Virus record (IMG/VR): IMGVR_UViG_3300001765_000097 | Location: 1-55,664 of that record | From: a virus | Taxonomy: Duplodnaviria; Caudoviricetes | Strand: one strand, 5' to 3' | DNA: 55,664 bases | Shown here: positions 40,559 through 50,435 of the stretch, in pieces | How the letters are laid out: every line of letters starts with the position of its first letter | Numbering within the stretch: position 1 is the stretch's first letter | Translations under genes and position numbers: made by a program | The notes under the pieces: generated by a model | Databases searched by the model: none | Seen by the model: only the letters and a program-made list of their open reading frames with translations | Told to the model about the DNA's origin: nothing

Positions 40559-41389
40559 ATGGAAAACAAACAATGTGGTGCTTATATACTGACACATGTG
40601 AATACTGGCATATTTTATGTAGGTAGTACTGGAAATTTTGGGAATCGAAAAAGAGCGCATTTACATGAACTGAAACATGATAAACATCATAGTCTCATAT
40701 TACAAAAAGTGTACAGAGATAATCAAAATATTTCTTATCAATTCTTTCCTACAGAAACCAGAGAAGACGCTTATGATTTAGAACAGAAATTATTAGATGA
40801 AAATAGTCGAAACAAATACATGTCTAACATTGCAATTAATTCTCGCTTAGCTACTAAAGGATTATATCAAAGTCCTGCTGCCAAGGCAAAGATATCTAGA
40901 GCTGGTTTAGGTAGAAAACATACAGAAGAAGCTAAGCAAAAAATCAGTGAAGCACATATCGGTAAATGTTCAAATGAAAAACGTGAGCATTTAAAGCAGC
41001 TTTCTGAGTCTCAAAAAGGAGTACCTTTAAGTACTGAACATCGTGCAAATATCAGTGCTGGTGGTTTAGGTAGAAAATTCTCACCTGAACATAAAGCTAG
41101 AATTGCATTAGCTCTTAAAGGTAAAAAGAAATCACCTACAGCTATTGCTAATAATGCTAAAGCTAGATTAGGGTTTAAACAAACTCCTGAAGCTATTGAG
41201 AAAATAAGAGCATTTAATATTGGTAGGAAAAAATCACCCGAAGTCATAGCTAAAACAGTAGCAGCTAATCTTGGAAGAAAACATTCTCCTGAAACCATAG
41301 CTAAATTGACAGGTGTTAAAAGATCTGATGAAACTCGTGCTAAATTATCTACTATTGCTAAAAATAGATATTTATCACGAAATAGATAA
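40559..41389 (+). CDS. GIY-YIG homing endonuclease with NUMOD3 repeats
   Basis: GAYILTHVNTGIFYVGST....R...H, EQ..LD and N motifs, then multiple GRKHTEE.K.KIS-type repeats. Confidence 0.92.
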   Translation: MENKQCGAYILTHVNTGIFYVGSTGNFGNRKRAHLHELKHDKHHSLILQKVYRDNQNISYQFFPTETREDAYDLEQKLLDENSRNKYMSNIAINSRLATKGLYQSPAAKAKISRAGLGRKHTEEAKQKISEAHIGKCSNEKREHLKQLSESQKGVPLSTEHRANISAGGLGRKFSPEHKARIALALKGKKKSPTAIANNAKARLGFKQTPEAIEKIRAFNIGRKKSPEVIAKTVAANLGRKHSPETIAKLTGVKRSDETRAKLSTIAKNRYLSRNR

Positions 41390-41392
41390 GTG

Positions 41393-41422
41393 AAAAATAA
41401 GAGGCACATACCTCTTATTTTT
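41393..41422 (+). terminator. Intrinsic terminator
   Basis: AAAAATAAGAGG-CACATA-CCTCTTATTTTT followed by further Ts. Confidence 0.8.
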
Positions 41423-41448
41423 TTTGTTAATTTTTTTAAAGGAAATAT

Positions 41449-42291
41449 ATGGAATCGGTGGTCCGCACAATTTTTGGATCGTATTTACAGTCGTGTGAGC
41501 TACTAGGTATATCTCACGATATTAAAGAATTCACTACACTAAACGAAAAATTTGCTATTCAAAGTGGTGTAGCTATACCGCCAGGTACCTATCCAAAAGT
41601 GCAATATTTCTGCATAGGTAATGGTGGTCATCAAATGACAATGGGTGCGGATAACATTCCACTCACAAAAATCAATCAACATAAAGCAACCGACGCAGCG
41701 CTCTTTAAGCATCTACCATTTGCTCTTAGGACCATAGACAACGATTTAACATCTACAGAGAGGGCAAATTACGCTCTGCGTAAAGAAGTGGTTTACAATG
41801 GAACCACTTACATTGCCTATTATTTACGTCGAATTGACATGACAGGTGTGGTGTCCGAGATTGATTATAGGTCAGTACTTAACGGTGTGATTACATCTAC
41901 GCCATACGTGCCCTCTATAGGCTCTCTAAGCCCTGTTCCTGCCATCATTAATAACACAGGTGTCAATGTACTAGCAGGGGATTATATCACCACCACAGCG
42001 ATGGTTACAGTGTCCTTCTCACCTGAAGATATTGCAGAGTTACTCAATGTAGCCAATATCATTTATGCAAATGAAGACTATGCAATAATTTCAGAAATTG
42101 GACTTTGCTCAGGTGTCGATAAAGTAATTAACATTACATCAGCTGGCGGTGGCAGTTTTAATTTCAATGAAGCTATTGGGGTGCAAATTATCTCTTTCAT
42201 CTCTTCTATGCATATTGCTAAGTACACTACAGCTGGTATAGAAAAGTTCCTCGATATCGGTTGCAACGAACCGATTCTGAATGTTGTATAA
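41449..42291 (+). CDS. Virion structural protein (phiKZ gp130-like)
   Basis: TTLNEKF.I, YF.IGNGGH, H..TDAAL...LPF.LR...NDL...ER..Y.LR, YIAYYLR, AIISEI..CSGVD and G..EP motifs typical of this jumbo-phage tail/baseplate family. Confidence 0.75.
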   Translation: MESVVRTIFGSYLQSCELLGISHDIKEFTTLNEKFAIQSGVAIPPGTYPKVQYFCIGNGGHQMTMGADNIPLTKINQHKATDAALFKHLPFALRTIDNDLTSTERANYALRKEVVYNGTTYIAYYLRRIDMTGVVSEIDYRSVLNGVITSTPYVPSIGSLSPVPAIINNTGVNVLAGDYITTTAMVTVSFSPEDIAELLNVANIIYANEDYAIISEIGLCSGVDKVINITSAGGGSFNFNEAIGVQIISFISSMHIAKYTTAGIEKFLDIGCNEPILNVV

Positions 42292-42320
42292 ACATATTAT
42301 ATACATATGTAATTTTTTAT

Positions 42321-42360
42321 TCCTAATATACATGTATTGAATAAACATGTATATTAGGAG
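42321..42360 (+). promoter_or_regulatory. Hairpin sequestering the endonuclease RBS
   Basis: 15-bp perfect arms TCCTAATATACATGT / ACATGTATATTAGGA; the 3' arm contains AGGA(G) at 42356-42360, 6 nt before the ATG. Confidence 0.7.
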
Positions 42361-42366
42361 TTAAGA

Positions 42367-43326
42367 ATGGAAAAGAAAAAAGGCGTCTACATATTAGGTA
42401 ATTTAGTAGAAAAAAATGTATACATAGGAAGTAGTATTGATCTTAAAGCCAGAGTTAAAAAACATTTTTCAGAATTAAAACATAATAAGCATTCTAATTA
42501 TAAACTACAAAATGCTTTTAATGAAGACAATACTCAATTTTTAGCAATTACTATACCAGCTAATGGAGATGTGAATATACGTGAAATCGAACAACAATTG
42601 TTAAATGAATTTGCACCTACTGGTAAATTATACAATATTGCGATTAATGTAGAATGTCCAATGGAAGGTAAAAAACATGCTCCGGAAACTATTGAGAAAT
42701 TAAAAGAATTAGCAGTAGGTAGAGTGCCACCAAGAGAAGCAGTAGAAAACTCAGTCAAAGCTCGTTTAGGTGTACCGTTGTCACCTGAGAGAGTAGAAGC
42801 ACTCAGAGTCAAAGGCATTGAAGCTATGAAAGATCCAGCTGCCCGACAACACTTATCAGATGTCAATGTTGGAATTAAACACACCCCAGAGACTATCGAG
42901 AAAATGAAAGAGATTTGTAAAGATAGAACATTTACACCTCAAGCCAGAGCAGCTAGTCTAGAAGCCAATATCGGTAGAAAATTATCAGAAGAACATATTC
43001 AAGCTATTAAAAATGCAAACACTGGAATAGTAAGATCTGAAGAAACCAGAGCTAAAATGAGTGAAGCTAAAAGAGGAATCACTCCACCGCAATCTACTAT
43101 TAATGCAATTAAGTTAGCCAATACTGGTAGAGTCAAATCCCAAGAAGAATTAGATGTTTGTAGAGCTACACTCGTAGAACAAAATGCTTTAAGAAGTAAA
43201 AAAGTAGTGGCTGATGGAATTACTTTCAATAGTATTTCTGAAGCAGCTAGAGAATTAAATATTGATAAAGGTACTATCCATAGAAGAGCCGCTAATGAAA
43301 AATTTTCAAATTGGAACTATGCTTAA
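42367..43326 (+). CDS. GIY-YIG homing endonuclease with NUMOD3 repeats and C-terminal NUMOD1/IENR HTH
   Basis: GVYILGNLVEKNVYIGSS.DL..R...H, EQ.LL, LYN, GKKH.PET repeats, FNSISEAARELNI...TI.RR. Confidence 0.93.
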   Translation: MEKKKGVYILGNLVEKNVYIGSSIDLKARVKKHFSELKHNKHSNYKLQNAFNEDNTQFLAITIPANGDVNIREIEQQLLNEFAPTGKLYNIAINVECPMEGKKHAPETIEKLKELAVGRVPPREAVENSVKARLGVPLSPERVEALRVKGIEAMKDPAARQHLSDVNVGIKHTPETIEKMKEICKDRTFTPQARAASLEANIGRKLSEEHIQAIKNANTGIVRSEETRAKMSEAKRGITPPQSTINAIKLANTGRVKSQEELDVCRATLVEQNALRSKKVVADGITFNSISEAARELNIDKGTIHRRAANEKFSNWNYA

Positions 43327-43332
43327 ACGATT

Positions 43333-43376
43333 ATCATAAATACCAATACCTATGTGAGGGTATTGGTATTTATGAT
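43333..43376 (+). terminator. Long hairpin
   Basis: 18-bp perfect arms ATCATAAATACCAATACC / GGTATTGGTATTTATGAT. Confidence 0.8.
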
Positions 43377-43417
43377 GTCTTTCCTTCATGTTATGATTAA
43401 AAAATAAAAGGAAAATC

Positions 43418-46400
43418 ATGCCAAATATTGTACCTAATTTTTATTTAGATCTAGACACTACAGGTGTATCTCCAGCAAATAAAATAGTTTTAGAAAGATA
43501 TACTTTACCATCGACGGTTGTGAAATGCATCATACCTAATTATGGTGCTTATTATACAAATACACTTGAAGTATATTCAATAAGTACATTTAACGGTGTA
43601 TCTATTTTACTGGAAAGAGAATTAGATTATAAATGTGTAGAAATGCTACCGCAAGTAAGCGCTGATATTGGTAGCGAAATATGTTTTGTAATCTTATTAA
43701 TAAGATCTTCTGCTTCTACTGAAATAGAAATTACATATCAAGCTCTAGGTGGATCTGATAGTCCAAACAGACCATTGATGATGGAAATTTATAGACAGAT
43801 GACTGCTGCGATGAGCGGTATAGAGTGGGATGACATATTACATAAACCAGATGAATATCCACCTGCTCACCATTTACACGATAGCGCAGATGTATACGGA
43901 TTAGACCCAATTACAGATGAGTTAAAATGGATTAAAGCAGATATTGAATTAGCTGATAATAAAATACATTCTTATATTTTAAATAAATTAGATTATATTA
44001 ATGCTAAAGCTAATTCAATAGAATTTAAGGCAATTGAGAACATTGACATAAATGCTCAAGTGCAAATCATAGACAATGCTAAAGCTAACTTAGCCAGTGC
44101 TAATAGGTATTTAAATTATATTCAATTGAAATACAATTTAGCTGAGAAATTTTTCACCAGAGTAAATAATCTCCGTATAGAGAGGGAGATGGCTGGTCCA
44201 CCACTGACATCGTCTTCTCTAAATCAACCTACTTTTACTTTGATACCTAGTAAAACTAGTGTGTATGAAGGTGATAATTTAGATTTTAATTTACTCACTA
44301 CTGATTCAGTAGACGGCACTGTCTACAAAATAAAATCTTATCGCGGCTATAACAATGATTTAACTACAATTACATCTGTAGATTTAGATACTGTTTATGA
44401 AAATATTATCACTGTCAATAAAAATGTAGGTGTAGCCACAGTAAGCATTACTAGAGATAATATCATTGAAGGTAATAGATTTCTGACTTATGGACTCTAT
44501 GATCAAAACGATACGTTGTTAGCATTGAGTCGCACGGTGGTAGTGAATGATTCCAATATCACTACTGAGATTAGATCTAGATTTATGCCAGCAGATCCGT
44601 ATTTTAATAAAGTGACTCTGTTATTAAAAGGTGATGGCGCGATAGGTTCTACTGTGGTCAAAGACAGTAGTATGAGTCCAAACGTAATTACCGCATACGG
44701 TGATTTAGTTAACGGTACCACCTATACTGATTTAGGTGGTGGTAGTTTAAAATTCGATGGTGCTGGCGATTATTTAAGAATATCACCCAGTACATCTGTA
44801 GTGTTAGGTGTCAACGATTTTACCATCGAAGCATTTATGTATTTTAATAATACAGATACTGGCGGTTTTGGTAACATGTGCACTTACATTGATCCTTTAA
44901 ACACTTACGGTATTTCTGTATCAATATTGAACGGAAAAATAAATGTAAAAATAGGTAGGAGTATATCTGATTCCTTTTACGAAATAAAAGGCAAATTATC
45001 AGTTATAAAATACACATGGTACCATATAGCTGTTACACGTGCAGCAGGTGTAGTGAGGTTATTCATTAATGGATTACTGGACTCCAGCATTGTTAATACG
45101 ACTAACTTAAATAATAAAGAGTTTGTGGTGGGTAGAACATACCCCACAAATGAAAGTGATTATTTTAATGGTTATATTGATGAGTTAAGAATTACCAAAG
45201 GTTTAGCTAGATACATTAGTAATTTTATATCTCCTATGCCTATTTTACCGCCAGATGTTTTAGATCCATATAGGAATAATACTAACCTGTATCTCAAGGG
45301 TAACGGAGTTGACGCCAGCACATTCATTGAAGACAGTGGTATTCAAGTCCATAGTGTAAAATCACTTACAGGTGCAAAAATATCATCGACTCAGTATGTT
45401 ACTGGTAAGAGTAGTATTTATTTTAAAGGTAATGCTCTAAACTGCCCGTACATTGAACATTCCGATTCTCTAGATTTATTTAATGTTAATAATTGGACTA
45501 TAGAGTTCTATGTTTATTTAACATCTGATGCATCTTTATTTATTTTGGATAAAGACGGTATAGCTGGAAAAGCTTTTCCTCAATACAGAATCACTGTTAA
45601 TAACACATTCATTAGTTTGATGTTAGGTACCGGTAACGGTAATGCAGCTACACAATTATTCATCACGCCTAAATTTCAATCCATTACAAATAAATGGGTA
45701 CATTTTGCGGCGGTAAACACAAATAAGACTATTTACTTATTCGTGGACGGCACTAAAGTATTAGCTTCACCAATCACCATTACAATGTCATCAGGCGGGT
45801 CTAACCTGAACATAGGTACTGAGGCTGGACAAAAATGGGAATTCGATGCTTATATTGATGAGCTAAGAATTACCAAGGGTGTAGCTAGATATATTTACAA
45901 TTTCGCACCATTTACAACAGATACGATTTTTGAAGAATTAAGAGTAGGTTCAATTAGTCAAAATATTTTAATATCTAATAACGATGTTTTAAACTACTCG
46001 GTAGTGGCAACTAAATCTAATGTGTTCGAAAATGAAATGGTTACATTTGTGGTGACTACAAATGACACTAATCATAATGGATACGTGGATGTGACTATCA
46101 ATAAAGTTACTGATACATTTTCAGTAGACGATTATCAAGTATTTGATTTAGCTCCCACTAAGTTATACATTAAAGACGGTCTTGGTAAATACGACATATA
46201 CATTAATAAAGATTTATTAACTGAACTAGATGAGCAATTTAAAGTATGCATTTGGAAATTGAATAAATATAATGTACCTTTAGCAGTATCGGCTAATGTT
46301 ACCATTATAGATAGTCCAAACGTGGATAAATTACAAAATATTTATTTAATTACATCGGACAAGTATTCAATAATGGAAGGTCAGTCGGTATCATTTAAGA

Positions 46401-48457
46401 TATTGACACCTGTTGTACCAAATGGAACTACGCTCTATTATGCTTTATCATCCAGTATTAATAGTTCAGATGTGTACCAAAACACTTGGGGTACAGTTAC
46501 AGTTGTTAATAATAAAGCATCGTTGACAATTTCAGCTATACTAGATACAATAAACGAGCCCATTGAAAGCTTCTTCACTCTTTTGTTCACTGACTCAAAC
46601 GGTACCAACATGGTAGCTGCTAGTAACTCAGTTGAAATAGTGAATGTTGCCAATAATGTTAATCCACCTGTTTATGTAATCAGAGCTAGCACTACTTCAT
46701 TAAATGAAGGTAGTAGCGTTACATTTACAATAGATACTGAAAACGTGTCTAACGGGACCGTACTTTATTATGAAATTAACGGATTGGTAGATAGCACTGA
46801 TTTTAATGAACCGTTAAATTCTAATATTACAATAAATAACAACACTGCATTTTTTACATTAACTGCTAAAAACGATAATAAAACAGAAGGGGTAGAGACA
46901 TTTAATGTTATTTTATATACGAGCTCAATTAAAAATACTTTTTTAGTAACTGGGCCAACAGTAACTATTAATGACACCAGTAAAGCAGTCAGTTGCACAA
47001 TAACACCTGATAGATACACTATCAATGAAGGTGACACAATAGCGTTTACAATTAATACAACGAACATAAGTAACAATACTATTTTGTATTACGAAATTAT
47101 GGGGTTAGCAGATAGTCAAGATATTACAATACCTTTTACAGGTACATGTACTATTAATAACAATCTGTCAGATATAAGTTTTACATTTATAAAAGACGCA
47201 CTCGTTGATGATGTAAAGCATTTCAATCTAGCATTATATTTAAACGACACACGTGTTCACACGTTAGCTATAAGTTCACCTATTACGGTAATAGATGTTA
47301 GCATAGCTTATGTTATACCAACCATGAGAGTTTCTTTAAACTCTGGTAAAGATAGTTTAAAGAACATGAGTACAACTGATTTTAGAGTTTCTTTAAATCA
47401 CGGTATTGATAGTTTATATGCAGAAACATTACATTCAATACCATTGAATGTAAGCATTGGTAGCTCTAGTTTTAATAACGTTATTTCTGAAATGCCATTA
47501 ATGCTGGGTGGTTACGTATCAACAGTGGGTGATGCTTGGGATATAGTACTCACTTATACTGGTGGAAGAAATTGGAGAAAAGTAAAATCAAATTCAGACG
47601 GAACTATATTTGCTGCTTTAAATGATGTTAGTTATCTATACGTTTCACGTGACGGTGGCGCCACAGCGACAATGACAGCCGGAGGAGCACCTGCCGTTTT
47701 CAATAGCTCTATCTGGTGGACTGATGTGACAGGTAATACAGACTGGTCAAAGATGTATGCAACTGTTCAGCCTGAACGTGTATATAAATCAGATGATTTC
47801 GGTATTAGTTGGCAACCTATGGTGTCTGCCGGGACTGCAGCTTGGAGAACAATATCGTGTTCTTCTGACGGTAGTAAAATAGTAATCGGTGGTAGTCTTA
47901 CAAGAGCCAGGTACTCTAATGATTCAGGTGTGACATGGAGCGACTTAAGTGTTGCTGGTGCAACTGAGAAATATTGGGCTGATTCAGCAATGTCATCAGA
48001 CGGTAGTAAAATCGTTCTTTGTGAAAACGCCAGCGACGCTAGTGGGTATATTCACACGTCAAGCGATTTTGGTGCTACTTGGACTCAGAGAACTAATGCA
48101 GGTCTTAAATCATGGAGATCTGTGTCAATGTCATCAGACGGTAGTAAAATAATAGCTGCTACTTTTGAGTACATTTACATGTCTAACGATTCCGGTGCTA
48201 CTTGGACAGCTATAACAAGCTTAGGTTCAAGGTTCTGGGCATCTGTGTCAATGTCATCAGACGGTAGTAAAATAATAGCTGTTCCGGGATTAGGTGATGT
48301 CTACTTTACAACAGATGGTGGTGCTACTTGGACAACTTACGATGGTCAAGGACTAAATGTATACTGGACTGATGCACACGTGTCAGCAGATGGTAACATG
48401 ATGTTTACATGTAATAGTTATGTTGGCGGTAGAGGTAATGTATTGATAAGTGCTTAA
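43418..48457 (+). CDS. Giant tail fibre/receptor-binding protein: jumbo-phage anchor, two LamG domains, Ig-like repeats, BNR/Asp-box propeller
   Basis: N-terminal D.TG....N.I..E / YQALGG / W..I..KP..YPP..H.H anchor. YIDELRITKG.ARY occurs twice; S.NEG repeats; C-terminal S.D.G.TW Asp-boxes. Confidence 0.88.
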   Translation: MPNIVPNFYLDLDTTGVSPANKIVLERYTLPSTVVKCIIPNYGAYYTNTLEVYSISTFNGVSILLERELDYKCVEMLPQVSADIGSEICFVILLIRSSASTEIEITYQALGGSDSPNRPLMMEIYRQMTAAMSGIEWDDILHKPDEYPPAHHLHDSADVYGLDPITDELKWIKADIELADNKIHSYILNKLDYINAKANSIEFKAIENIDINAQVQIIDNAKANLASANRYLNYIQLKYNLAEKFFTRVNNLRIEREMAGPPLTSSSLNQPTFTLIPSKTSVYEGDNLDFNLLTTDSVDGTVYKIKSYRGYNNDLTTITSVDLDTVYENIITVNKNVGVATVSITRDNIIEGNRFLTYGLYDQNDTLLALSRTVVVNDSNITTEIRSRFMPADPYFNKVTLLLKGDGAIGSTVVKDSSMSPNVITAYGDLVNGTTYTDLGGGSLKFDGAGDYLRISPSTSVVLGVNDFTIEAFMYFNNTDTGGFGNMCTYIDPLNTYGISVSILNGKINVKIGRSISDSFYEIKGKLSVIKYTWYHIAVTRAAGVVRLFINGLLDSSIVNTTNLNNKEFVVGRTYPTNESDYFNGYIDELRITKGLARYISNFISPMPILPPDVLDPYRNNTNLYLKGNGVDASTFIEDSGIQVHSVKSLTGAKISSTQYVTGKSSIYFKGNALNCPYIEHSDSLDLFNVNNWTIEFYVYLTSDASLFILDKDGIAGKAFPQYRITVNNTFISLMLGTGNGNAATQLFITPKFQSITNKWVHFAAVNTNKTIYLFVDGTKVLASPITITMSSGGSNLNIGTEAGQKWEFDAYIDELRITKGVARYIYNFAPFTTDTIFEELRVGSISQNILISNNDVLNYSVVATKSNVFENEMVTFVVTTNDTNHNGYVDVTINKVTDTFSVDDYQVFDLAPTKLYIKDGLGKYDIYINKDLLTELDEQFKVCIWKLNKYNVPLAVSANVTIIDSPNVDKLQNIYLITSDKYSIMEGQSVSFKILTPVVPNGTTLYYALSSSINSSDVYQNTWGTVTVVNNKASLTISAILDTINEPIESFFTLLFTDSNGTNMVAASNSVEIVNVANNVNPPVYVIRASTTSLNEGSSVTFTIDTENVSNGTVLYYEINGLVDSTDFNEPLNSNITINNNTAFFTLTAKNDNKTEGVETFNVILYTSSIKNTFLVTGPTVTINDTSKAVSCTITPDRYTINEGDTIAFTINTTNISNNTILYYEIMGLADSQDITIPFTGTCTINNNLSDISFTFIKDALVDDVKHFNLALYLNDTRVHTLAISSPITVIDVSIAYVIPTMRVSLNSGKDSLKNMSTTDFRVSLNHGIDSLYAETLHSIPLNVSIGSSSFNNVISEMPLMLGGYVSTVGDAWDIVLTYTGGRNWRKVKSNSDGTIFAALNDVSYLYVSRDGGATATMTAGGAPAVFNSSIWWTDVTGNTDWSKMYATVQPERVYKSDDFGISWQPMVSAGTAAWRTISCSSDGSKIVIGGSLTRARYSNDSGVTWSDLSVAGATEKYWADSAMSSDGSKIVLCENASDASGYIHTSSDFGATWTQRTNAGLKSWRSVSMSSDGSKIIAATFEYIYMSNDSGATWTAITSLGSRFWASVSMSSDGSKIIAVPGLGDVYFTTDGGATWTTYDGQGLNVYWTDAHVSADGNMMFTCNSYVGGRGNVLISA

Positions 48458-48506
48458 TATTTATTAAGTAGTATTGCAATTATCAAATATACGATACTAT
48501 GACAGG

Positions 48507-48536
48507 GTATACCCCGGTATTAATACCGGGGTATAC
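48507..48536. repeat. Perfect 30-bp palindrome preceding the A3/B3 pair
   Basis: GTATACCCCGGTATTAATACCGGGGTATAC; TATG at 48498. Confidence 0.85.
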
Positions 48537-48561
48537 TAATAATTTTTTTAAGGATAATATA

Positions 48562-49068
48562 ATGACAATTAAATTTCATGAAAATGTAAAAAGGCCTTTT
48601 CTAAATAGATTTATTCTTGGTGGATTAGAGTCACCTTGGAACTACGGATGTGCTGTTTCGATTTATTCAGGTGCTCAACCAACTGCTCAAGAAATAGTGG
48701 ACGATTGGGCAACGTACAATACTACGAGTCCTAATTTCTTAGCGCATTATGCGGAAGGATCGATGATCAATACACCATCGGGTCTCTTGTTAAGTATAGT
48801 CTCATCTTACAGTGCGACTGGCGGACCATGGTCGCAAGTCAGCTCAAAAACATATCATTCAGGTGTTGGTAGTTGGGGTATTTTCTGGTCTAAAACAATG
48901 ACGATTTCTCAAGCTGAAAGTGCAACAGTTTTACCAAATGCTAATTTTTTAGTTTTATCGGTGTCTGATAAAGCCGGAGACGGGGTCATTAGATTTCAAA
49001 ACACTAATTTTTCAACTGGTATATTTAATCCGATTGCAGATGGAACTATCAGTGCGAATTTATATTAA
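48562..49068 (+). CDS. Family A protein (A3)
   Basis: AAGGA SD favours ATG 48562 (MTIKFH). Motifs IYSGAQP.A.EIV.DW..Y, FLAHY, GVIRF, IADGTISA. Confidence 0.75.
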   Translation: MTIKFHENVKRPFLNRFILGGLESPWNYGCAVSIYSGAQPTAQEIVDDWATYNTTSPNFLAHYAEGSMINTPSGLLLSIVSSYSATGGPWSQVSSKTYHSGVGSWGIFWSKTMTISQAESATVLPNANFLVLSVSDKAGDGVIRFQNTNFSTGIFNPIADGTISANLY

Positions 49069-49079
49069 AGGAATTAAAT

Positions 49080-49661
49080 ATGTCAAAAATAGATATTAGT
49101 CCAGGTTGGGTAACTAGAAATTTACCCAAACTCTTTGAATGTCCATCAGCTGTCAGTGCCGGTGACGCTACACCAATAGGAGCTAATAGTGGATTATTAG
49201 CAGCTAAGAACTCATTGCCTGCCAGTAGAGAAGACCTTAACGCATGTGTATTGATAATGAAGGGTGCAGTACCTGTGAATTTTACTAGCATCGCTACAAT
49301 AAATGCTAGAAAGAATGATATATTAATTGCTTATTTAACAGGTAAAGATCAAGTAGGTGATTTTGTAACATCTGACTTTACGTCAAACCCTGTTAAAATA
49401 GCAACTGATTATAAGGCAGCTATTGCAACGGGTGTAGCTACATGGTTCTGGTGGATAAGTGGTTCAAAGTCAACTAATACTTTTGAACCTAATACAGGTA
49501 TAGATTTGAACAACCCTTTGTTACAAAATATTTACGGTACAGTTGGAGCTAACGGTAGCGGCGCAGATCTAATTTTAGATACAGGTACCAATATTGTTCA
49601 AGGACAATCTTACAGATTATCTAGTTTTTCATTAAATATACCTACCAGATTTGGTTACTAA
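49080..49661 (+). CDS. Family B protein (B3)
   Basis: MSKIDIS, IMKGAVP, GVATWFWW, GTVGANGSGADL, YRL....L.IPT. Confidence 0.75.
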   Translation: MSKIDISPGWVTRNLPKLFECPSAVSAGDATPIGANSGLLAAKNSLPASREDLNACVLIMKGAVPVNFTSIATINARKNDILIAYLTGKDQVGDFVTSDFTSNPVKIATDYKAAIATGVATWFWWISGSKSTNTFEPNTGIDLNNPLLQNIYGTVGANGSGADLILDTGTNIVQGQSYRLSSFSLNIPTRFGY

Positions 49662-49663
49662 TA

Positions 49664-50383
49664 ATGCCAACATTATTACCTTATAGATATTCACTAGATT
49701 ACACTGGAACCAGTGTAGACAATCTAGTAGTAGGCGAACCTCACGCACCGGCTAATTATGATATCAGATCAATAGCTCCAATATACGGACCGTACTTTAC
49801 AGAATCACTGAAAGTATATAACACCGCTAATGAAGAGTTACTTTTTAGAAATATCAGTTATCAGTGTGTTGATGTTGTGGGTCTCCCAACTGCTAAAACA
49901 GGTAAAGAGATCTGTACGATTATATTACTAACAGATAAAAGTATCCGTGAAGTAAAAATCGATTACCAAACTTTGGGTGGTGCTTATGAAAGACGATATG
50001 AAGCTATTCGTCTTCTCATGGAAAATCTTAACCTAAATAAAGACTTAGTTACATGGAGAGATATTGTAGACAAACCATCAGAGTTTGATCCTACAATGCA
50101 TCTGCACGCAATTGGTGATGTGATAGGTTTTGAATACCTAGTTGTAGCATTGGAACAAATTAGAAATGCTATCATTTTAGGTGATGATAATGAACACATG
50201 GAGTTATTTAACCAACTCAATAACATTAAAACTGTGATTGATGGTATCCTAAATAACCCATTGATTGCATTAACAAATGATTTAAATACAAATGCATCGC
50301 AAACGTTAACATTAGCAAATCAAATTAATGTTAAATGTGATCAGTTGCTTTATAACGCAGCTTTAATATTATCCAAAATGTGA
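49664..50383 (+). CDS. Short tail-fibre anchor paralogue (phiKZ gp131-135-like family)
   Basis: LDYTG....NLV.GE, YGPYFTESL, YQTLGG, W.DI.DKP.EF.P..HLH..GD..G.EYLV..LE.IR.AI..GD, then a short coiled coil. Confidence 0.78.
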   Translation: MPTLLPYRYSLDYTGTSVDNLVVGEPHAPANYDIRSIAPIYGPYFTESLKVYNTANEELLFRNISYQCVDVVGLPTAKTGKEICTIILLTDKSIREVKIDYQTLGGAYERRYEAIRLLMENLNLNKDLVTWRDIVDKPSEFDPTMHLHAIGDVIGFEYLVVALEQIRNAIILGDDNEHMELFNQLNNIKTVIDGILNNPLIALTNDLNTNASQTLTLANQINVKCDQLLYNAALILSKM

Positions 50384-50388
50384 ACAAC

Positions 50389-50432
50389 ATAAATCCCACT
50401 ATAGTTCTTTATAGAGCTATAGTGGGATTTAT
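50389..50432. terminator. Bidirectional hairpin
   Basis: 16-bp arms ATAAATCCCACTATAG / CTATAGTGGGATTTAT between convergent genes. Confidence 0.8.
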
Positions 50433-50435
50433 TAA

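Noticed and set aside
40482-41459. Group I intron interrupting the structural gene
   Set aside because: The downstream gene has its own complete RBS and start. The insert contains a promoter and terminator, and too little non-coding sequence for a ribozyme core.
48118-48281. Exact ~41-bp repeat in the 3' end of the giant fibre, considered as a DGR target
   Set aside because: 123-bp period matches propeller blade repeats; ordinary intragenic duplication.
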